From the IMG/VR virus record IMGVR_UViG_3300037420_000217: a stretch of 20,000 bases of DNA. One strand, given 5' to 3'. The notes beneath the pieces were generated by a model. That model was not told the origin of the DNA. It ran no database searches and was given only the letters and a program-made list of their open reading frames with translations. Shown one piece after another: positions 15,118-20,000 of this stretch. The position numbers were made by a program, and so were the translations under genes. Source of the stretch: an uncultured virus (IMG/VR IMGVR_UViG_3300037420_000217). Lineage: Duplodnaviria; Heunggongvirae; Uroviricota; Caudoviricetes. Positions within the stretch are counted from its first letter, which is position 1, and the number at the start of each line of letters is the position of its first letter.

Positions 15118-15596
15118 AGATTCAACGTTCCTTGTTGAGACGGCGGCACGTAGCGGCCCTTGTGAGTCACGGCGTCGCCGTTGGGCAGGATAACTGTCAG
15201 AGGTTTGCCAGCTTCAATGGTGTAGCGGATCGTGGCCCAGGTCCCAGATCGCAGCTGCTCCGTCATCTCGAATGGCAGCGCATACATCTGGAACGCAACC
15301 ATGACGATGTCCCGGTTGCGTGCGAGCGGTGGCTTGGGTGGATATCTGAAGTTGGCATTGACATACGCCCGGTGGTCCGGCGGGTCCATGGGGTGAGCGT
15401 AGCTCAGCCAGCCGAGCGACTTGATCATGTGGTGGACCTGCTCGTCAGCCCCTACGCAATCGCCGTGGTGGGCAACGAAGGTCTGGTTGCCACGATACCC
15501 GGACCAAACATGGAGCACCTTGCTCAGCCGCCGCAGCTGGGCTTCCGTCGCGCCGTGCCGGGTTCCAGTGAACCCGAAGTGAGTGAGCTGGGTCAT
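15114..15596 (-). CDS. SLOG superfamily (YspA/DprA-like Rossmannoid) protein
   Basis: Start revised to ATG 15596 (TGATG overlap). GFTGTR, HGDCVGAD, RNRDIV, SGTWATIRY..EAGKP motifs. Confidence 0.8.
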   Translation of the reverse strand: MTQLTHFGFTGTRHGATEAQLRRLSKVLHVWSGYRGNQTFVAHHGDCVGADEQVHHMIKSLGWLSYAHPMDPPDHRAYVNANFRYPPKPPLARNRDIVMVAFQMYALPFEMTEQLRSGTWATIRYTIEAGKPLTVILPNGDAVTHKGRYVPPSQQGTLNL

Positions 15597-16240
15597 CACA
15601 CGTCCAGAAGCACGCCGCCAAGGCCGGAAAGTCCCCGGCCGAGAAGCAGCATATTGATGGTGTTCAGACGGGACCGAGCGTGGTCCGCGTCCATGCGGTT
15701 GTACAGGCCGTCCAGCGACGGTTCCTGGCGGGAGCCGGGCGGACGCCACAGCTGCGTCGGCTCATCCATGGCCAAGACATCCGGCCCCTGGTCCAGCATG
15801 ATGACCGTCTGGTCACTGCCCACGGCTATGGTGTGGATTTCCTCAGCCTTGTGGCCGTGGATCGATCCGGGCGGATAGGTCTCAGCTGGCAGCCGATACA
15901 GGCGTGTGCGACCGGCCCAATCGAACCCCTTGCCGCCGTTGAGCGGCGTCATGTAGTCGAAGCGCTCATACAGCTCGCTGAAGGGGTCCGGCTTCATCAC
16001 CCGTTCGTAGCGCCAGTTGCGCAGGCTCCCGGACAGCACCATGGTGGTGAAGTTGTAGCGGTGGTTGTGTGGCGCCACGACCTCAGGAAGGTGGGCAATG
16101 TCGCCATCAAAGAAGTACACCTTGATGGTTGAGGATGGGCTGCGCTTCAGGCAGATGTAGTCAAAGCCCTTGACGTGGAAGTCCCGGAAGCTGTTGTCCA
16201 GCACCGTCTTCAACGACACTACTGTTGGTATCCAGCCCAT
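15596..16240 (-). CDS. Cupin-fold metalloprotein (cysteine dioxygenase/RmlC-like)
   Basis: PHNHRYNFTTMVLSGSLRN and distal EIHTI give an HxH...H metal triad; AAGGA RBS. Confidence 0.72.
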   Translation of the reverse strand: MGWIPTVVSLKTVLDNSFRDFHVKGFDYICLKRSPSSTIKVYFFDGDIAHLPEVVAPHNHRYNFTTMVLSGSLRNWRYERVMKPDPFSELYERFDYMTPLNGGKGFDWAGRTRLYRLPAETYPPGSIHGHKAEEIHTIAVGSDQTVIMLDQGPDVLAMDEPTQLWRPPGSRQEPSLDGLYNRMDADHARSRLNTINMLLLGRGLSGLGGVLLDV

Positions 16241-16454
16241 CCAAGTATTCCTTCAATGCTTTCTCAGCTTCTGCGTAGTCGGTGTACAGCGTGTCTTCAG
16301 AAGGGATCAACGGCTGGGTCAAAATGTCCCAGCCCCACCTCTCCAGAACCCACTGCTTCAGGGTCAGTTTCCATCCCCCGTACACCGTCGTGATCCCCGG
16401 CTCCGGCGTCTCGGCTCTCTGGACGCGCAGGATATGGCCGAGGATCGTCAGCAC
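16161..16454 (-). CDS. Hypothetical protein (overlaps both neighbours)
   Basis: Protein-like core KQWVLERWGWDIL...YAEAEKALKEYL; weak RBS. Confidence 0.5.
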   Translation of the reverse strand: MLTILGHILRVQRAETPEPGITTVYGGWKLTLKQWVLERWGWDILTQPLIPSEDTLYTDYAEAEKALKEYLDGLDTNSSVVEDGAGQQLPGLPRQGL

Positions 16455-16683
16455 GCTTCAACTTCTCAAACAATCCCAGCTGGTGCAGCTGGCGCAGTTC
16501 GATCACCCTAAGCCGTTCGGGGATAAGCCGCCTCCGCTGGTCGATGAAGCGACATCTTCCAGCTGAGATCACTTGAGCATCGAGCGAGTTCAGCTGCAGC
16601 AGAACGTGATCCCTAAGACCACGCCACTTCTGTACCAGCAGTCGCTCCGTCTCGGTGTACTCAACCCCGCTGGGGCCGATCAT
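16297..16683 (-). CDS. Hypothetical protein
   Basis: ATGA overlap with the upstream gene; the C-terminal 50 aa or so look like read-through. Confidence 0.55.
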   Translation of the reverse strand: MIGPSGVEYTETERLLVQKWRGLRDHVLLQLNSLDAQVISAGRCRFIDQRRRLIPERLRVIELRQLHQLGLFEKLKRADDPRPYPARPESRDAGAGDHDGVRGMETDPEAVGSGEVGLGHFDPAVDPF

Positions 16684-17006
16684 GCTGATACCGTCCGCAT
16701 CTTGTCCAGCTGGTCCTCGTAGCCCAGAGGCTCCTCATCATCCATGAGGCTCGTGTCGCCGTCGTTGAGCGGTTTGAACCGCATGATGCAGTAGCACAGC
16801 GGCACGGTGCCGAACACGAAGTGGTGGAAGTGTTTCCCGACCAGATGGACCCTGCCCACGCAGATCGGTCCGTCGCAGACCTTGCAGCTGGGGTCCATCT
16901 TGCCGCCGTGGATTTCCTCACACGTGTACAGCGCGTCTTGAGTCAGGTCATCTGCCCCGTCCGCGTTGATGCAGATCAGAGGCGTTCCCGGTCCTAGCGT
17001 GATCAT
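16680..17006 (-). CDS. Cys-rich hypothetical protein
   Basis: Start ATG 17006 (GAGGGG RBS, ATGA overlap); LICINA...LYTC...CKVC...RFKPL. Confidence 0.7.
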   Translation of the reverse strand: MITLGPGTPLICINADGADDLTQDALYTCEEIHGGKMDPSCKVCDGPICVGRVHLVGKHFHHFVFGTVPLCYCIMRFKPLNDGDTSLMDDEEPLGYEDQLDKMRTVSA

Positions 17007-17356
17007 GTGTATCCCCTCATTTCGCCCCATTCACGTGGGGTCATCTTCGGAAGCACAGCTGTCTCCCTGAGCAGCCGGGCTGCCTGCGGGAGTTGGAAGT
17101 CTAGCCCCGGCACCGGCATCCAGGGCAGCGGTTGCTTGGTGGGCATCGCTCGGCCTCTGACCCTGATCACAGGCCCATGGCGGATTATCTTGAACCACCA
17201 GGACCCGTCACGGGCCTGGGAGAACAAGATGTGGTCCACCACGTGACTCAGCCCCAGCCGCTCGCACTGGTGGCGTGGCAGCTTCCACTTGTAGCTGTGC
17301 CCCTTCCACTCCAGTGGCGGGAGGCTGTACCTGGTCGTCTGCATCATGACGCCCAT
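17003..17356 (-). CDS. Hypothetical protein
   Basis: Fills the gap and overlaps neighbours; start could be 17356, 17347 or 17344. Confidence 0.6.
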   Translation of the reverse strand: MGVMMQTTRYSLPPLEWKGHSYKWKLPRHQCERLGLSHVVDHILFSQARDGSWWFKIIRHGPVIRVRGRAMPTKQPLPWMPVPGLDFQLPQAARLLRETAVLPKMTPREWGEMRGYT

Positions 17357-18468
17357 TCATCATCAGCCTCAAGCGGTCCAAAGGCGGACTCAGGCTCCGG
17401 TTGAGTCTCCATCCCCATACCAGAGATGATGCGCAGGCCGGTCGGACCCCACCGGCCCTCATAGCCGTAGGGAGCGGCGAACACGGCTTGTCCATCCGCG
17501 TCCAGGACTTCACCCTGATCCTCGCTGAGCCTCCACGGACCCTTGTGCTTCAGCTCGATATTCTCCACAGGCGCGGCTGGCCTACGGTCATGGTGAACGT
17601 AGTAGCTGGCCATGGCCACAGACGCCCCACGCGGCCTGGCCTCCGCGACAGCCCGGAAGGCGTCCGATGGCCTCTGCCACTTGGGGAAGTCCATGCCGTG
17701 TTCCCACACCTCCTTGGGTGCGGTCACGAACTGCTCGATCAGGCCCGGATCGTCGCACCCAAGGATGTGGCGCGCAACAATATCCCTCACCTGGAACTCG
17801 TGCTTGAAGGTGCGGTCCTCGGTCAGGTCCAGGCCGGCAAGGATGTTGTACGTGAACAGCGTCGGCTTGCTCACGTCCATGGCTCTCAGGCCACGGTAGT
17901 AGATGCGCTGAGAAGGCTTCTGCAAGAGTTGCAGACCTTCGTCTGCCAGTCTTGCAGCCTGACCGTCCGGGAGAAAGACGTCATCCCGGTTCTGCCAGGC
18001 CTTGACATAGTCCTCGTGGTCGATCACGATGGTGGTGAAGCCGTCCTGGCCAACATCCCTGCCAGCTTCCTCCGGCAGCATGTCAGTGATGCCGCCCTCA
18101 TCCCGCGTGTTGGCTTCCAGCTCCCGGAAGGCCATCCACATCTCCCAATTGCGACCGTATTCGGTTGTGAAGGGGAGGTCGATGGTCCGTGGGCGGCCCA
18201 AGCCGTACAGGGACCACGTTTGGCGCTTCATGCGCACCAGCTGGAACTCCTTGTCACGAAACTTCGTTCCCTGACAAAAGAACTCATACCGATCCCGGCC
18301 GATCCACACCACAGGCCGCGCTCCATTGCGGACCAGGACCGCAATGGCATACTTGAGCCCGGTCCCGAACATGCCGATGGGGTTGGTGCCCACCTTGGCG
18401 CTCAGCCCCATTGTCGTGAAGGCCCGGATGTCGATCAGGTCCGGCGTGCGATGAACAATTGCGGTCAT
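17344..18468 (-). CDS. GHKL (HATPase_c/Hsp90-like) ATPase domain protein, apparently circularly permuted
   Basis: G2 box IGMFGTGLK, N box FRELEANTRDEG, T motif GFTTIVI. Confidence 0.75.
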   Translation of the reverse strand: MTAIVHRTPDLIDIRAFTTMGLSAKVGTNPIGMFGTGLKYAIAVLVRNGARPVVWIGRDRYEFFCQGTKFRDKEFQLVRMKRQTWSLYGLGRPRTIDLPFTTEYGRNWEMWMAFRELEANTRDEGGITDMLPEEAGRDVGQDGFTTIVIDHEDYVKAWQNRDDVFLPDGQAARLADEGLQLLQKPSQRIYYRGLRAMDVSKPTLFTYNILAGLDLTEDRTFKHEFQVRDIVARHILGCDDPGLIEQFVTAPKEVWEHGMDFPKWQRPSDAFRAVAEARPRGASVAMASYYVHHDRRPAAPVENIELKHKGPWRLSEDQGEVLDADGQAVFAAPYGYEGRWGPTGLRIISGMGMETQPEPESAFGPLEADDEWAS

Positions 18469-18662
18469 TGATCAAAATCCAATCCCAATTCGTCTTTGGC
18501 CCGTCGCAAGTATTCCTGCCATTGTGCAGGCGTTGCATCCGAGAAATCCATTATATCGCTGTTGATTCCTACAGTGACCTTGGCACCGCAATCAGAAGCG
18601 ATCTGCCTCAGTCTTGAATTCATCTCAGCGGCGTGAGCAGCTTGAGACGGATAGTCGGTCAT
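18465..18662 (-). CDS. Hypothetical 65-aa protein
   Basis: Start ATG 18662 (TGATG overlap, GAGGA RBS); similar to the C-terminus of 10214..10702. Confidence 0.68.
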   Translation of the reverse strand: MTDYPSQAAHAAEMNSRLRQIASDCGAKVTVGINSDIMDFSDATPAQWQEYLRRAKDELGLDFDQ

Positions 18663-18853
18663 CACCATTCCTCCCCAGGCAGACAGTGCTGCCATTGATA
18701 ATCGTAGTCCAGGCTGCCAACGTCCACGTAACGGCGACGCACCGTCTCCCACCAGATCAGCTCAAAGCGACCGGCGACGGATTGGACGATCACCGGTCGC
18801 CAAGCGAACCAGTCATGCCAATTCTTGCGGTGGTTGAGGTCGATCAGCTTCAC
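18662..18853 (-). CDS. Small Trp-rich hypothetical protein
   Basis: WHDWFAWRPV...IWWETVRRR; GTGA overlap. Confidence 0.7.
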   Translation of the reverse strand: MKLIDLNHRKNWHDWFAWRPVIVQSVAGRFELIWWETVRRRYVDVGSLDYDYQWQHCLPGEEW

Positions 18854-19053
18854 TTCACCACCCCAATAGCAACGGCTCCAAGGAACAGCCCCACGCCGAT
18901 GAGACCCAGGAGTATACCCGCCACAAAGAGCCCAAAGAAGCCTGAGAAGACGAACATGGGCAGGTCGAAGACGTCATAGGGTGCGATTTCACGATACAAC
19001 ACCAACCAGCAAAATAGCCAGGTGACGAAGTAGACGGCGGCGAGGATACTCAC
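18850..19053 (-). CDS. Small two-TM membrane protein
   Basis: Start revised to GTG 19053; two hydrophobic stretches (ILAAVYFVTWLFCWLVLY; FVFSGFFGLFVAGILLGLIGVGLFLG). Confidence 0.68.
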   Translation of the reverse strand: MSILAAVYFVTWLFCWLVLYREIAPYDVFDLPMFVFSGFFGLFVAGILLGLIGVGLFLGAVAIGVVK

Positions 19054-19199
19054 AGTGGCACCCCTAGATACCAGCCCACCAGGCCGCAGCCGACGTAGCC
19101 TGCGGCACAGCAGGCAGCCGTGATCCAGCGGCGGCCTTGGATGGCAGCACAGAACACCAGTCCCGTGAGAGCCATTCCAACAAATGCTGCCTCGCCCAT
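19050..19199 (-). CDS. 49-aa membrane protein (not in ORF track)
   Basis: MGEAAFVGMALTGLVFCAAIQGRRWITAACCAAGYVGCGLVGWYLGVPL; TGATG and GTGA overlaps. Confidence 0.65.
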   Translation of the reverse strand: MGEAAFVGMALTGLVFCAAIQGRRWITAACCAAGYVGCGLVGWYLGVPL

Positions 19200-19435
19200 C
19201 ACTTGCTGTCCAGATCGTAGTCAAGGTTGAACTCGCGGGTGTCCAGGTCCTCAGCCCAGCCGTGTTCAACCAGCCAGCTGATGAAATTTGGCTTGCCACC
19301 CTCCTTCCACAACTCCCGAAGGTCCGGGATGGGCTTCAGCGCGCGCATGATGGTCACCACGCCGTAGTCGCTCCATTCGCCATTGCTGAAGATGATGGTC
19401 TGGCCGACTGCCAGATTGAGATATTCAGGCTCCAC
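19199..19435 (-). CDS. Hypothetical protein
   Basis: GTG start with GGAGG RBS; GEWSDYGV motif. Confidence 0.72.
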   Translation of the reverse strand: MEPEYLNLAVGQTIIFSNGEWSDYGVVTIMRALKPIPDLRELWKEGGKPNFISWLVEHGWAEDLDTREFNLDYDLDSK

Positions 19436-19437
19436 GC

Positions 19438-19869
19438 TCAGTCCTCCGCCGGGGGCAAGCCACCAGCCGCCACGATTGCTTGCTTGATCTCACGGAACTG
19501 CTGACTCAGCTCAATGAGCTTCATCATGCTCTCCTGGGTGAGCAGGTCCTCGCCGGTGCCGTTGGAGCCGCCGTGCGCCTTCATCATGACACCCAGGGCA
19601 TACGTGACATTCTTGTCGCAGTTGGCGATCAGGAACGTGGCCTGCTCCGGGGTGAGTGTCACGTGGACATCCTGGCTGTTCGAGCCGACCATGGCCAGCG
19701 GCACAGGCTCTAGATTGCCTGGATGCCAAAGTATGGTGCCCATGAGAGGCTTATCCAGCATCACGCCGTCAGCTGACACCCAGCGTATAATCACGGCTGC
19801 CTTCGGTGTGTCACGACCCTCAGTGAGCCGGACCAGCTGCCCCACAGGGGATGTTTCTGGCTTGATCAT
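19438..19869 (-). CDS. Hypothetical protein
   Basis: Start ATG 19869 (GGAG RBS, ATGA overlap). Confidence 0.7.
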   Translation of the reverse strand: MIKPETSPVGQLVRLTEGRDTPKAAVIIRWVSADGVMLDKPLMGTILWHPGNLEPVPLAMVGSNSQDVHVTLTPEQATFLIANCDKNVTYALGVMMKAHGGSNGTGEDLLTQESMMKLIELSQQFREIKQAIVAAGGLPPAED

Positions 19870-20000
19870 TTGGACAGCTCCAGCCTGACCCACTCCAGGT
19901 CTGCGCCCTCGGCCGCGATGCGCATCAGCTTCAGCGCTTCGTCCAGAGTCACCCCGAAGGCTCCCGAGAGGGTCAGAAACGTCGTCTCGGGCGTGTGCTT
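19866..20000 (-). CDS. 3' end of a hypothetical protein (5' end outside the window)
   Basis: Open frame ...KHTPETTFLTLSGAFGVTLDEALKLMRIAAEGADLEWVRLELSK*; stop overlaps the next ATG. Confidence 0.6.
   Translation of the reverse strand, partial: KHTPETTFLTLSGAFGVTLDEALKLMRIAAEGADLEWVRLELSK

Noticed and set aside
18850..19199. Holin/lysis cassette for the two small membrane proteins
   Set aside because: No endolysin or spanin nearby, and they lie in the early accessory region.
154..19888. Long plus-strand ORFs (e.g. 1292..2266, 7082..8137, 15132..15878, 17401..18471)
   Set aside because: They are antisense shadows of well-supported minus-strand genes in GC-rich DNA and show no recognisable motifs.
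1..20000. Stop-codon reassignment
   Set aside because: Genes tile densely in the standard code, and TGA, TAA and TAG all terminate credible genes.
1..20000. tRNA, integrase, transposase or reverse transcriptase/DGR
   Set aside because: No cloverleaf, catalytic motifs or template/variable repeat pair were seen by eye.

Overview
This window is a GC-rich fragment of a tailed dsDNA phage. The host is probably an alphaproteobacterium (Caulobacter-like), judged from a GcrA-type HTH gene, TTGACC..GCTACA promoters, a CtrA-like box and an alpha-r8-like sRNA motif. Every credible gene lies on the minus strand; the plus-strand ORFs are antisense shadows. Reading in the direction of transcription (right to left): (1) 20000-9037 is a tightly overlapped run of about 30 small early/accessory genes, including a circularly permuted GHKL ATPase, a cupin, a SLOG/YspA protein, DUF1653, a GcrA DNA-binding-domain-only protein, zinc fingers and a 42-aa lipoprotein missed by the ORF track. 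(2) 9036-8084 is a regulatory hinge: a candidate MmgR/alpha-r8-like sRNA with terminator, an OmpR-type winged-helix gene and an AT-rich palindromic region. (3) 8083-1 is the packaging module: TerS, a 54-aa ORF, TerL, then a three-gene insert (small beta protein, 981-aa Ig/CBM/beta-helix fibre, signal-peptide-bearing beta-helix enzyme), then a DUF935-like portal truncated by the window edge. The best leads are the phage-borne alpha-r8-like sRNA, the head-spike/depolymerase cassette between TerL and portal, and possible cell-cycle regulator mimicry with a repeated GACCTATCCCC motif. All family calls come from motif recognition by eye; no searches were run.
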